A stretch of 64,000 nucleotides of DNA from Eledone cirrhosa (lineage: Eukaryota): the NCBI GenBank assembly GCA_964016885.1, contig OZ024742.1, positions 132,308,001 through 132,372,000 on the forward strand, written 5' to 3'. Position 1 is the first letter of the stretch. The number at the start of each line of letters is the position of its first letter. This document shows, piece after piece, positions 1 to 12,264 of this stretch. Position numbers and translations under genes: made by a program. The notes below the pieces were generated by a model. That model had not been told where the DNA came from. It saw nothing but the letters and a program-made list of their open reading frames with translations, and ran no database searches.

Positions 1-2362
1 TCCGTCCGTCCAGCGCCCCACGACGCTGTAGGACGGCATGGGCTTGCCTCTCCAGGTTCCGAGCTGCTAGCCCAACGACTTTACCGGGTTAAGTTTGGCT
101 CTTGTCAACCTTTCATATTCCTTCAGTAAGGTGCCGGCCACCTCGATTTCTCAGGTGCTCCACACCATCACGGTGATGTCGTCCGCATAAGCCGACACCG
201 CCTTTCCACGTCCCGGTTCGAACGGGATGCCCTGCAACAACTCCAGCTTCCGCAGTAAAGGCTCGAGGGTCAATACGTAGGAAGAGGAAGGGATGAGAGA
301 GGGCACACTTGACGAACCGATCGGGAGAGCCGAAATGGTTCCGAGAGGTGGCCATTAACCTTGACCACCGAGCGCGTGCCGCTGTGCATTGCAACGATCC
401 AGCTTCTAAAGACAGGGCCGAAGCCTTTGAGGACAAACTCCAGATACCGATGGTCGACCCTATCGAATGCTTTCGATTGATCTAAATTGATTAGTACCCC
501 ACCGAAGCCAGGTTTACACCCTACCCTCTCTATGATGTATCTCATCAGGTGGAGATTGTCGTGTATGGACCTAGCTGGGATTGCGCAAGTTTGCGGCTCC
601 CCAACCAAATCCTCGACGACAAGCGCCAATCTCTTTGCTAACACCTTGTCCAAAATCTTAAACTCTGTGTTGAGCAGAGTTATGGGCCTGAAGTTGTCTA
701 ATGTATCCCTCTTGTTCTCGTCTTTCCTTATCAGCGTCACCACTCCCCTGCTCACAGAACTGGGAATACTCCCATTCTGCTGCCAGTTGCAGTGGAGTGC
801 TTCGAGGAGTTCGGAGAACAAGTCTGGCATATTTACGTAAAACTCGTAGTGCAGGCCATCCAAACCGGGTGACTTGCGCCTCATGCAGCCGACAAGGGCG
901 TCCTGAATTTCGGCTGAAGTAATCGGCCTTTCGCAGCGCTCAGCGTCGACCGTCGAGATGCGCGGCAAGCCGTCAAGGTAGGGACTGAAATCCGCTACTC
1001 TCTCTGACTCGCCACTCTCCCTGAACAACCGAGCAGAGTGCTGGCGAAAGGCCTCACACATCCGCTTGGAATCGTTTATCTCGTGTCCGTCTCGGTCCGC
1101 CAAAGACCGAATTGTGGTTTTATTACCACGCTGCGCCTCTGCCACGTGGGCCCATCGAACAGCTTTAGTTCCCTCGTTTCTCAGCACACGCGCTTTAGCT
1201 CTGACAATGCAACCTTCGTGTTTGGCGTTGAAGAAATGGTCTAATGCCATTCTCGCCGCTAGCACGTCAGTTGCGATGCCACTACAAATAGCCTCGTCTA
1301 ACTTATCTACCAGCTCCCCCTCCTTTCTATTTTTCTCTAACGCTAGTTCTTTGCTAAACTCTATCGAAGTTACTCTAATCTCTCTTTCGAGAGCCCCCCA
1401 CCATCTGTTGTTGATGATCCGCCCTGTCAACTTTTGCTTAACTAAATTGTTGACTCGGTCTCTGTAAGCCTTACGTGCCGGAAATGACATGTTCAGCTTC
1501 CAGTAATCCGGTCCTAACCTACGCCTTTTATTTAGATCGACCGAACAGATCACAAATTTGTGATCTGAATAGGCGACGGTTTAAAAAAGTGGACAGCCCA
1601 CACTATTTCTATCTATTTTCCTAATGAAGATCCTGTCTATATACGATCTAGATGACCCCATTCGGTTGGTCCACGTCCATACTGGCACATTGGGGAAATC
1701 TAATCGATACCTGTCAGACAGTTGGAACTGGCTGAGTAGGTGCTTGAGGCTTTTGCACCCCCCACTCCTATCGGCTACTCCCACACAATCCCAGCGTGCG
1801 TCTAAGATGCCATTCTAGTCCCCCGCTAACAGTAAAGGGCGAGACGTACCCAGAAAGGTCTCCAGGGGCGTAAAGAAGTCAGGTCGTCCGGCCCCTGTAG
1901 GGGCGTAGACGGCCAGCAGTCTAAAGGCACCACCTTCGCTACTGCTCACATCCAAGACCACCAACTTACCGTCTGGGTCCCGGAAGATCGACCTTACCTC
2001 GAGATCCAGTCCTTTCCTAAACAACACTGCCACCCCATCCCCCATTCCCGGCCTGCTAACAGATGCGAAGATCTGATAGCCGTCGAAAATGGGGGCTAGT
2101 GCGCGCGTGTCGGAAATTCTGGTCTCGCTTACGGCAATCACATCCATTTCCAGCGACCGGAGGTCGTTGAGCAGGCGACCCTGCTTCCAGGGTGACCCCA
2201 GGCCGCGAACATTTAAACTTCATACTCTTAATATGGCCATATTGGTAAGCTAAGAGAGAGAGAGGGAAGGTTTACTTACCTCCCGGGTTTTGTGAAGGTC
2301 GGGTGGTTCGACCTCCATGGTTGGTGGGGCTTCTTTTGGGAACCCCTTTAAAAGTCTTGATA
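1..2362 (-). mobile_element. Tx1/L1-clade LINE copy A: end of ORF1 plus degenerate ORF2 (APE endonuclease + RT); 5'-truncated, runs off window start
   Basis: ORF fragments with DVIAVSETR, VYAP..GD(WN) (APE) and KSPGLDG, NFRPITLLNTEFKIL, LDQSKAFDRVDH, RQVCPLS (RT). ORF2 ATG at ~2239. Frameshifts and stops present. Closely similar to the copy at 37-42.7 kb. Confidence 0.93.
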
Positions 2363-2470
2363 ATTATAATGCTTTCTTTATTAACCACAAGGGTTTACAT
2401 AAAGTAGACATTAAGGACAGTACATGACAATACAGGACGGTACAAATGGGCATTTCTGCGTGTAAAAAAA
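2363..2470 (-). mobile_element. Short 3'-end fragment of Tx1 family C
   Basis: ttctttattaaccacaagggtttacataaagtagacattaag... nearly identical to the 3' UTR at 30978-31080. Confidence 0.85.
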
Positions 2471-2502
2471 CAATAATAATAATAATATTAATAATAATAA
2501 TA

Positions 2503-2600
2503 ATTTCATTTATCGGCCACAAGGGCCAACATGTAGGGAACAATACAAATGACACGGACAGTGGGCGTTTATGATACTAATAATAACAATAACAATAATA
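2503..2600 (-). mobile_element. Short 3'-end fragment of Tx1 family D
   Basis: tttcatttatcggccacaagggccaacatgtagggaacaatacaaatgac matches 36995-37060; preceded by (AAT)n. Confidence 0.8.
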
Positions 2601-3078
2601 AAAACAACAATAAGAAAGATAACAATATTATGAACATAATAATCTGCTTCGTCATTATGTGAATCATCATCATCATCTCCATCATCAATGTAATCTTCGT
2701 CGTGGTTTTCATTATTAGTCTCCATTTGGTTGTGTATTTCAATTTGTTTTGTCTTCATTTTATTATTGTTATGTATGTTATTATTCATGGCTCAGCCCTT
2801 TTGTAAACGAAAGGGACGTGTCATTTCTCAGCTGAATTCATGCGCTCACTAGTTCTTCCAGACATTAAACCAGCACACAGAATACATACACGTATATATA
2901 TATATATATCGGCTTATATGCATACATACGTACGTACACAAACACATACATAATACATACATATATACATACATACATGCAAACATACATACATACACAT
3001 ATACATACGTACATACATCCATATGTGTATACATACATGTATATATATATATATCTCAAGGGTGCAAATATGTATGTG

Positions 3079-3081
<3 letters not shown>

Positions 3082-3167
<86 letters not shown>

Positions 3168-3210
3168 TGTGCGTGTGTGTATGTGTGTGTGTATGCGCGT
3201 GTGTGTATGC
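3082..3210. repeat. Compound microsatellite (TA)n-(GA)n-(TG)n
   Basis: Directly visible. Similar tracts at 3504-3582, 4740-4970, 7130-7210, 8868-9150, 12688-12790, 13310-13378, 21783-22100, 25945-26050 and 51003-51115. Confidence 0.98.
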
Positions 3211-3501
3211 ATGTTTAATTATATGTACATAAATAGCTCGCTAACTAATTCACGGAGACAAATACATATACAAGGAACGCAGGCAAACAAAGACACACAC
3301 ATTTCACATCATTCTATATATATGTATGTTCACCTGAACACATTTATATATACACCACCTGGAAGACAGACACCATTAAAGAGACAGACACATTTTAAAT
3401 ATTAATGACACCAAATTCGAAATCCCGCACAGATTCGTACATTGTCATCTATCTATACGCGGAAACACATACACACACAGACGCACGCACATACACACAC
3501 G

Positions 3502-3585
<84 letters not shown>

Positions 3586-4738
3586 CTCCACCATGCGTCG
3601 AATACTACTCAATATATATATGGGTGGGTGTGTGTGTGTGTGTGTATATAGATATATATATATATATATTAGACATATATACAGACATAAGGTGTATTGT
3701 TAACTAGATGTGGCTTATATTGTGACCACTAGATTTTAATACTGAAAACAACTGTCACATAAAGTTGACCTAAGGGCCATTTTCTCGTTCGAGCGTGAGA
3801 AAGTAAACAAAAGCCTCCAGTGCTGACCAGATCAATTCGGTTAAGTCCCAACTGACCGCAAAGTACATAGTATCAACATGCCCGTTCATCAATATATGTC
3901 ATTAGATAGCACATCCATGGCGGTCGACTAGATAGAGATCGTAGCGGCCGAATAATTGTTTTTCCTTCTCTGGTTGGTGTGATGGTGGTGATTGTGTTAG
4001 CAGATAGTGTTAGTGGGTTGAGGTATTGCCGTTAGAGTTTGGCAGACAGTACAATCACAATTAACTGGATGTTACTTTCTCCTCAAGTTACCCCTATACA
4101 TTCATTTCTTTAACATTCCCCTTATTTTTACTCTTATATATCTCTCCTTCGTTCTTTAACGTTTCTCTTCTTATATTACATTATTTATTTGTTTGCTTAT
4201 AATTCCTTTTCGTATTCTTTTTTTTTTTTGCAATTCAATATTCTTTTTCTTTTATTTATTGGTGAAAGGGGGAGGTTCGCCAAATTTTCGAGTTGGTTGG
4301 ATTGACCGCCGACCTCATTACTACTCCTTAATATATTGTTACCATGCACCAGTGATTTAAGGGTATTTTTTTCATTCTACCGCCTTAACTAAGATGAGGT
4401 TGAGGGTTACAAAGGCAGACAATATGTGGTGACCCAAATCTTGATCTCAATTGTTGTTAAATTCATTTTCTGAGAAATTGATTATCATCAGATATGCTCA
4501 TTATCTTTTGGGAACAGCGAGTGTGATAGCTGAAAATTGGCAATGGTTGGTCTTGATAGAGACGGATGGGGTGGGACGCAGATGTACTCAAACACTCACA
4601 CATCCACATATAAAAACGCACATTCACGTAGAGGCTTTGTCGTTAGACTCATTAGGCTACAACACAGACTTATTTTGACACGCGTACAAAATCATATTAT
4701 TCAAGGAAACACGGACAAAAACAAATACACAAAAGCAC

Positions 4739-4811
<73 letters not shown>

Positions 4812-4839
4812 TATATACACACAGACACATATATATATG

Positions 4840-4887
<48 letters not shown>

Positions 4888-4913
4888 TATATATATCTAT
4901 ATATCTATCTATA

Positions 4914-4973
<60 letters not shown>

Positions 4974-5289
4974 CGTACATACATACATGCACACAACCAG
5001 TCATGCAAACATGCACCCGCACACCTAGAGGCATGTATATCTAGATAAAGAGTTGGCTTCACTATCACGGGGTTTGTAGTTCAGTCTCGCTGAACATCGA
5101 ATTGAACAATGACCGCATGTAAGCTTTGTGCGTGAGTGGCGAAAAGTAACCTGGAAAACAGGGCATGCAGTCCAATCGCCATGGCGGAAAGTGGGGCTGT
5201 GCAGCATTACCCCCACAATCCCTCTAAATGACCCTGCCGGTCAAAGACGCATGTAGTGTTATCTAGTGTGTGTGTGTATTTTATCTTTT

Positions 5290-5466
5290 GATGTGTCTAC
5301 GATTTAGTAAACAGCCAAAATTCTGCTTGCTTCAACCGATGCTGTCGTGTTTGTGTGTGTGGGGTGGGTGGGTGGGGGTGGGGGTTGTATGTGTGTTATC
5401 TTGTTATGTGTCTACGGTTTAGTAAGTAGCCAAAATCTGCTTCCTTCAACCGACGCTGCCGTGTGT

Positions 5467-5507
<41 letters not shown>

Positions 5508-5578
5508 CGTGTGTGTTATCTTTTTATTTGTCTATGTTTTAGTAAGCAGCTAAAATTCAGCTTGCTTCAACCGACGCA
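5290..5578 (+). repeat. Three-copy ~115-120 bp minisatellite with (GT)n spacers
   Basis: Unit tgtctacg.tttagtaa.cagccaaaa.tctgctt.cttcaaccga.gc recurs at ~5293, ~5410 and ~5529. Confidence 0.85.
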
Positions 5579-5589
5579 ATTGATCAACT

Positions 5590-5762
5590 CAAGATTCTAT
5601 AACGCATGTACTGAATTGCACAGAATGGTATTGCCTCTATACATAGGTTGTGTGGGATATTGGAATATAGATTGATGACATCAAACGTTACTAGTAGGGT
5701 ATGTTCATTATTAAGTTTTGTTGGGAGGTGGTTGAGCATGTCAAGGTCGTTCCTTATGAAGC
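5590..5762 (-). pseudogene. Penelope-like RT fragment (inverted relative to the adjacent endonuclease)
   Basis: Minus-strand translation FIRNDLDMLNHLPTKLNNEHTLLVTFDVINLYSNIPH matches the PLE RT motif DVxxLYxNIP. Confidence 0.75.
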
Positions 5763-6747
5763 TTTTTCAATTAAACACAACTTTACATGTGAATCTGAAA
5801 ACCTAATCTATGTTTTTACCTGCTCAGTTTGTCAAGAACACTACACAGGACAGGCAAAAACAGCCTCCGACAACATATGACCGTCCATAGGTCACAAATC
5901 AAAATACAGGAATACAGAAAGATGTATTTTAGTGAACATATCGCAAATTGTACACCTAACCAACATCCACACTTTAAAATTTTCCCCATTTACAAATTCA
6001 TAGACAACGCCTTTTTCATCCATCGTACCAATAAGGAAACGTACTTCATTAAACAATTCCAACCTCTACTTAATGGACTAAACTTCGGACTAAACTAAAA
6101 CTTGAACGAGCAATGAACCCAAAACCAAATTCCTACGTTCTCTAAAGGGTTACCTCCCTCACACCCTACCTAATCCTTTTTCTTATATAAATGAATTAAC
6201 CCCTCTCATTTCTCTCTACCCTACCTGACCACACATATTAACTCTCTAAAAATGGATGTCATATCAAAACCCAGACTACCATTTGCCTCCATCATGGATC
6301 AACTAAGCACGCTTGCCATAATAACACATTTTGAACTGCTTATCTTCAAGAACTATGTCTGTAAATATTATTATTTTTTCTTTCCCATTACCTTATCATG
6401 TTCCACATTACCTCCTTTTTTTCTTTTTTCTTTTCACTTCAATAAACCTGGTTTCTGAATAACATTATTCTTTCTTCACCATTTCCTTAACATGTTCAAC
6501 ATCACCAACATTTTACACCAATACAAATTCCCCCCTTTGATAATGCAAAAAGTTCTGAAACCGGTAATAGACAATTATTAAATATATAAATATATAAATA
6601 AATGCCATTTTTAATTAATAAATAAATTAACTAATACCTAAACACTTCACACAAAGTGAAATATTTTGTTTTAAACATTTTCTAACCCAGAAAAAAGAGA
6701 AAAAAAAAATGTATCTTCCTAATAATCGTCTTTTTCTCCCTATTTTC

Positions 6748-6750
<3 letters not shown>
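5763..6750 (+). mobile_element. Neptune-type Penelope-like element 3' part: GIY-YIG endonuclease remnant, 3' UTR and pLTR with decayed hammerhead (~6537-6566)
   Basis: FTCESENLIYVFTCSVCQEHYTGQ..SLRQHMTVHRSQI..ETYFIKQFQPLLN; downstream ttgataa-tgcaaaaagttct-gaaaccggta; ends at (TA)n. Confidence 0.75.
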
Positions 6751-6775
<25 letters not shown>

Positions 6776-6778
<3 letters not shown>

Positions 6779-7030
6779 GGAACCAGTAAGACCCCGACAG
6801 CTGAGCTCAAGCCGTTTCGACGGCTAATTCTGGACTAAGTGAAGATTTATCCTGGTATTTATATATTTATACCAGGATAAATTTTCACTTAGTCCAGAAT
6901 TAGCCGTCGAAACGGCTTGAGCTCAGCTGTCGGGGTCTTACTGGTTCCTATTACCCACTCTACTACCTCAAGTATTGAGTACTTTGGTGCGTTATGGTCC
7001 ACCTGGTTCCTTACCACATTTCCTTCGTTA
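6776..7030 (+). repeat. Fold-back PLE pseudo-LTR fragment: ~83 bp inverted arms (6776-6858 / 6869-6951) plus unique tail
   Basis: ggaaccagtaagaccccgacagctgagctc...cctggtat versus its reverse complement. Contains the hammerhead 3' half cgaaacggc-ttgagctca-gctgtc. Same family at 17823-18090. Confidence 0.85.
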
Positions 7031-7044
7031 TGTATATATATATA

Positions 7045-7126
7045 TATAGTAATAATAATAATAATAGTAATAATAATAAAATTGAAGACTAAAATCCAAA
7101 GAGGGCTCGATAAGGAAAATATTTAT

Positions 7127-7130
<4 letters not shown>
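7045..7130 (-). repeat. Terminal pLTR fragment of the Naiad PLE at 13.4-15.9 kb
   Basis: ttgaagactaaaatccaaagagggctcgataagga is identical to 13400-13434; a reverse copy lies at ~21885-21992. Confidence 0.8.
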
Positions 7131-7212
<82 letters not shown>

Positions 7213-7384
7213 CCAACTCGTGTGCTCCTTTCTCCACATTTTATAATTATTATATATATATATATATATATATATACATAAATACCCAGACTCTACCTGA
7301 TCTTCCACCTAGATATCTCTTCGGATCACTGTATACATACATATATACATACTTCATATGTATGTTTGTATGTATGCATGATCC

Positions 7385-7520
7385 CGTAAATCCTGATAGT
7401 CATTGGGGAACCGTATTGACATACGGCGTTTCTTAGGCATTTTGAGCCTTCTCCAGGCCTGATTACAGTAGATTTCTTCCTTCCAGAGAAAGAGGAAATG
7501 AGAAAGATATAGGGGAAGAA
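7385..7520. repeat. Unclassified dispersed repeat fragment
   Basis: Shares tattgacatacg, ggagcccatc and gatttcttc blocks with ~10880-11020 and ~61520-61680. Confidence 0.45.
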
Positions 7521-7534
7521 TCGACCTCAGAATC

Positions 7535-7670
7535 TACTTTATTTATCAACCTCAAAGGCATGAAAGGCAAAGTTTACCTCGGCCGGATTTGAACTCAGAG
7601 ACCAGAGAGCTGCATCCACTACCATAAAGCATTCTATCCGACATTCTAAGATGTTGACAATTCGTCGCCT
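7535..7670 (-). mobile_element. tRNA-head Nin/Deu-domain SINE (diverged)
   Basis: atgaaaggcaaagtttacctcggccggatttgaactcaga is the reverse complement of the SINE core. Confidence 0.75.
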
Positions 7671-7730
7671 TATATGTATGGACGTTATGCATTTCCATTC
7701 GTCGCAACACTGATTCTATTTTTTCTGTGA

Positions 7731-7908
7731 TATTATACTCTGCTCTATGAGAGCATCGAGTGCTCATATGGCCTACCGCATACGGACGCTTTAAGCATCC
7801 AACACCAATTATATATATATATATATATTCGGTGTGGGATGCTTCAGGCGTCCATATGCGGTAGGCCGTTTGAGCACTCGATGCTCTCACAGAGCAGTAT
7901 ATAATATT
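7731..7908. repeat. Imperfect ~78 bp inverted repeat with (TA)n loop
   Basis: ctgctctatgagagcatcgagtgctca..ggcctaccgcata.ggacgc..aagcatcc versus ggatgctt..gcgtccatatgcggtaggcc..tgagcactcgatgctctcacagagcag. Confidence 0.9.
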
Positions 7909-8044
7909 ACATAAGTAACGGAGAATTTTTGGAAAAAATACGCTTCGAAAGATTGAGGAACTTGTGATTTCAGAGTCAGGTTCGATCATCGCATTGATCG
8001 TTCCTCGAGCTGGACGCCAGAGAAACCATTATAATATGTCTAAT

Positions 8045-8310
8045 AAATTTGACTCACGGTCATAAATTCGTAATTAACAGCGGTGTGTTGTGTCATTGAG
8101 AAAGCCATTTTATTTCTCGTTCCTTCAGTCTGCTCACCTGGCATAAATAAGTTGTAACATTAATTTAAAAAGCTAGCATTGTCAGTCACTGTGTCACACT
8201 GAAACTCCAGGAGAACTACGTTGAAGACACAAGGGTCTGTGGAATGCTCAGGCATTACAATGTTAATGCACAGAGCAGGCTGTTTCATTGTCCGAACAGC
8301 TGGCGCTCGC
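8045..8310 (+). mobile_element. Old SINE with CORE/Meta-like central domain
   Basis: gtgttgtgtcattgagaaagccattttatttctcgttccttcagtc resembles the gtgtccttg.gcaaggcactt core. Confidence 0.45.
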
Positions 8311-8866
8311 TTTGATGGAGTCGAAAGGGAGAAAACACTTAGATTAGAAATTGCAGGTGTGAATTTTAATATAAAAATAATATCGGAAATACCGTACTAA
8401 TTCAAATTCGACAGTAGATTTGATATCTATCATAATAATTTTGTTCGATCTAATGACAAAATTGCAGTTGATAAATGTTTAACGAAAAATTCTGTTATAA
8501 AATGTATTTATGAAGAAGAAAGTAAAAGCCTGGTATAGCCTGTAGGTTAGTTTTCAATCTATCAATTATATCTTGTCGTTTTAATATTGGAAGGTAGCAT
8601 ATATATTTAATCAAATATGTTATCCTCACGTATAATTAAATTTAACATATTGCAGAGATGATACTATCACTTAGAAAATTATAGCCTTTCTCTATTTGTT
8701 TTGTCCTTCATAACAAATTTAAAGTTCAACGGGGTGAAATGTGTTCTGTTTTCTTAGCAGATAATGTAATACATAAATACATTCTGGCGATATTCTCCAT
8801 GTAAAATTTAGCCCCCTACAGGCGTGAAAAGCGAAGTAGCTTTCATGTATTTGCGCATAAATGCAG

Positions 8867-8935
<69 letters not shown>

Positions 8936-9063
8936 AGTGTGTGTGGGTGGGTGTGTGTATTCACACATACACACACACACATATGTATGCATACATACTT
9001 ATATATACATATATATATATACATATACATATATATATATATATACAGAGAGAGAGAGGAGGA

Positions 9064-9155
<92 letters not shown>

Positions 9156-11049
9156 AAAGGCAAACAAATGCCTTCTTATACGTCCTGGTTGCTCAGATCA
9201 CATAGGGCACAAGAAGTAAAATATACGCATAAGCCTATGCATATACAGCTTCTTATAACACGCATATAGGCGCTTAATTTAAAATGACAATATTGCAGAT
9301 AAATTCAAGTGAATTGTTCAATTACGACATATTTAATTAGACAAATTAAACATGCCATATTTTCTCCCTATCGGGAAGAGAATTTGTCGATCCATCTATT
9401 GTTTTCCTGTTGAAACCATTCCCCACTCCGAGACCTTCACACCCATCCAGTTTTGTTTGTATTCCAATACTGTTCAAGAGTCAGCAGTAACGTCTTGACC
9501 TGCCTTTTGTTGAGGGCTTACATGCGAAAGTCGCCTGCAGCCTCAGTATCCGCCCTAGTGACACTAACAATTCATATTTCTCTTGGTTGATGATATTGTG
9601 TTTAGGTTTGGTCTGTAGATAGTTCGTTCGATCGAACGAAATATTGTATGAAGTTTGGCGGTTTGTACGTCAGTCGGTTGGCCAGTTGCTCAGTAACCTA
9701 ATCACATAATATATATTTGTATCATTTGTCATAACGTTTCTGGACACATCTTTGACTGGTCGCCAAATAGTCATCACCCCTAGAAGCCCCGGAGTCACTC
9801 TTTTCCAATCTCTTGACCCGTGCTGCACTTTTCATCCACTCAAACAATTGTCTAGTTGTCTGGCTGACTGGCTGGTGATTATCTATTAGCTGGTTGGTTA
9901 GTGAATTCGTAGAATAGAGAACTTTATTTTGATATGTGGTATTTGGGGAAAAATTTGTTTGGAATGCAATGACAGCGTGTAACCTTTACTTTAATCAAAT
10001 AAATGCCAGGTTTTGGAATGTGCCTGTGAATATTTCTGGAATATTACTTTGACATAGGAGAGAATCCAGAAATATATTCACTTTTGAATGGTGTAATACT
10101 CAGTTAGCAAAACTAAGATTAATTAATTGATACATAGATAAATTTGTAACACGAATAATGAATGTCAGCCATATTGTTGATGAATATAACAACTACATAT
10201 ATGATATGGTTTAAAATAAGTAATATATTAAAACATAGACTAGACTACCAGATGAACTTGTTATGTTTAACTTTTTACCATTTAAACTGGCCATATACGG
10301 CTAGAATTCTCTCACCTCTCTCTGTTCAAACTGGACATATTTGGCTTCTCATACTGATTTTAAGGTATTGTTCTTAAAATAAGCAGTAACAAAATCTCAT
10401 ATATTCGATTTTATGTGGGATAATTATGTGAGATAAAGCCTTACCGTGAAAATATAATAATAAATATAGAGTAATGTAAATGTTAAAGGATTAAAAGATT
10501 GTCTATCTTCGAATCTGAATTCTGAGCCGACCAGCATATACTCACAAATTCCGCAATTAATTATTCGATAATTTGTTCGTCGTGGATTGGGCCTCAGTTT
10601 GTGAATGTTTTCACTTTAACATGTTGCAGGTGTGAAGCAAACTTGGTCATCCCTGTATGTGTTTGTGTGCGTGTGTGTGTTTGTGTGCGTATGTATGTAT
10701 TGTTTTGAAAGCTAACGTACGTTCTAGTTCTATCTTTCTACACAAAGTTTTATTCATATATTTGTATGAGTTCTTTAAGTTAATTAAGAAAACTGGAGCT
10801 CATAACAAACAATAGTTTACAAAAATGGATGTCCACCCAAGGAAGCAAATCTGAGATATATATGTATGGTCACGGAACTACTAGAGCAGTTGTAGGGCAC
10901 TATATTGACATACGATGTGTCTAGGGCATTATGAGACCTGATGGAGCCCATCTCCTCTCCCCAGGACATAATACAACGGATTTCTTCTAGAGAACGATAG
11001 TGAGCAAAACTATCGAAAACTATATATATATATAGAGGAAGGGTCAACC

Positions 11050-11165
11050 CTGGTACATTTTAACGACCTCAAATGGGATTTAAACTTAGAGCGCAAAGAC
11101 TCCAAACGAATACTGTAAAACAGTATACCCGACACTTTAATGACTCTGCCAATTCACAGCCTAAA
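11050..11165 (-). mobile_element. Degenerate SINE (same family as 18105-18298)
   Basis: gggatttaaacttaga...actctgccaattcacagcc. Confidence 0.55.
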
Positions 11166-11572
11166 CCTGAAATATAAATACAAAAAACATTCTACTGACT
11201 GGATATATCGAAAAATACGCCGCGAGAAAAAACTTTCCAGCTTCAAAATTGTTCCTATATTATTAATTTACAGTTCACATTACTAACAAAAAAGAATAAA
11301 CAAGGAGAAATTACTGACTATTGTATATTTAAAGATACATCAATACACAAAACTCACGTAAGAAATCAGAGGGACAGAACCGCTTTTTTAGTAGTCTACT
11401 ATTAAGTAAAAGATTAAATGACATTAATTAAAGTAAGAACTTATGTGCAACTGATTAAAGCTGTTTACTATTGATATACAAGGTGATATAATATAAGTAA
11501 GCGATAATAAAATCATAATAAACTGTATAGAGGATTTATTGCGTTTAATACTTTTAGAAACTGGAAAGCCTA

Positions 11573-11619
<47 letters not shown>

Positions 11620-11718
11620 CCTATCGTTTCCTGTTTCTCTTCTCTCTCTATCTATCTGTCTCTCTCTTTCTAACTTTCTCTATACACATATATGTGTGTA
11701 TGTATATATATATATATA

Positions 11719-12166
11719 TAAATCAGGAAAGAAGGTTGACATGGTTTGCTATACAAAAAAGGTTTAATCACATAGCTTACATTTGTTTCACTGAGCTGGT
11801 AGGTCTAGAGATCGCTATTCGCTTATTTTCGCGTTACTCGATCGCCAATACAAAATTATAACCAGTCAGATCTTCGGAGCATGCTCGAAAATAAGCGAAT
11901 AGCGATCTCTAGACCTACCAGCTCAGTGAAACAAATGTAAGCTATGTGATTAAACCTTTTTTGTATAGCAAACCATGTCAACCTTCTTTCCTGATTTATT
12001 ATTACTCCAAGTGTTTACAACATAGGAATTACGGCATACCCGCAGCATCACTATGAAAACGCCTTGTTGAGTCAAACCAAGCCAAGCGTTAATATCATCC
12101 ACTACCTGGAATACCATAACTGGACTTTACCTAGGTGGACTGCATTTAACTATTATTTGTTACCCC

Positions 12167-12168
<2 letters not shown>
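11719..12168. repeat. Fold-back pLTR: ~113 bp near-perfect inverted arms (11719-11831 / 11886-11999) plus ~170 bp tail, between (TA)n tracts
   Basis: aaatcaggaaagaaggttgacatgg...cgcttattttcg versus cgaaaataagcg...ccatgtcaaccttctttcctgattt. Confidence 0.92.
11771..11883 (-). ncRNA. Type I hammerhead ribozyme motif with extended stem II
   Basis: Minus strand: catgct-CCGAAGA-t-ctgactggt-[~58 nt]-accagctcag-t-GAAAC-aaat-GUA-agctatg. Confidence 0.65.
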
Positions 12169-12201
<33 letters not shown>

Positions 12202-12264
12202 TATATATAACGGCGATGAATTGGTTTTGCGAGGTTTTTTATATGAAATCGTGTGTCGAAACAA

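Noticed and set aside
2849-5068. Many ORF-track entries such as [12 protein letters not shown] and ERERER (also at 8.7-9.3, 12.6-13.4, 22.5, 25.6-26.1 and 51 kb)
   Set aside because: These are translations of microsatellites, not genes.
5290-5578. CRISPR-like repeat-spacer pattern
   Set aside because: The units are degenerate, the spacers are (GT)n, there are no cas genes, and the context is eukaryotic.
7552-8040. 145 aa ORF or possible host exon
   Set aside because: It spans a SINE, an inverted repeat and (TA)n, with no recognisable domain. Small host exons elsewhere cannot be excluded without RNA data.
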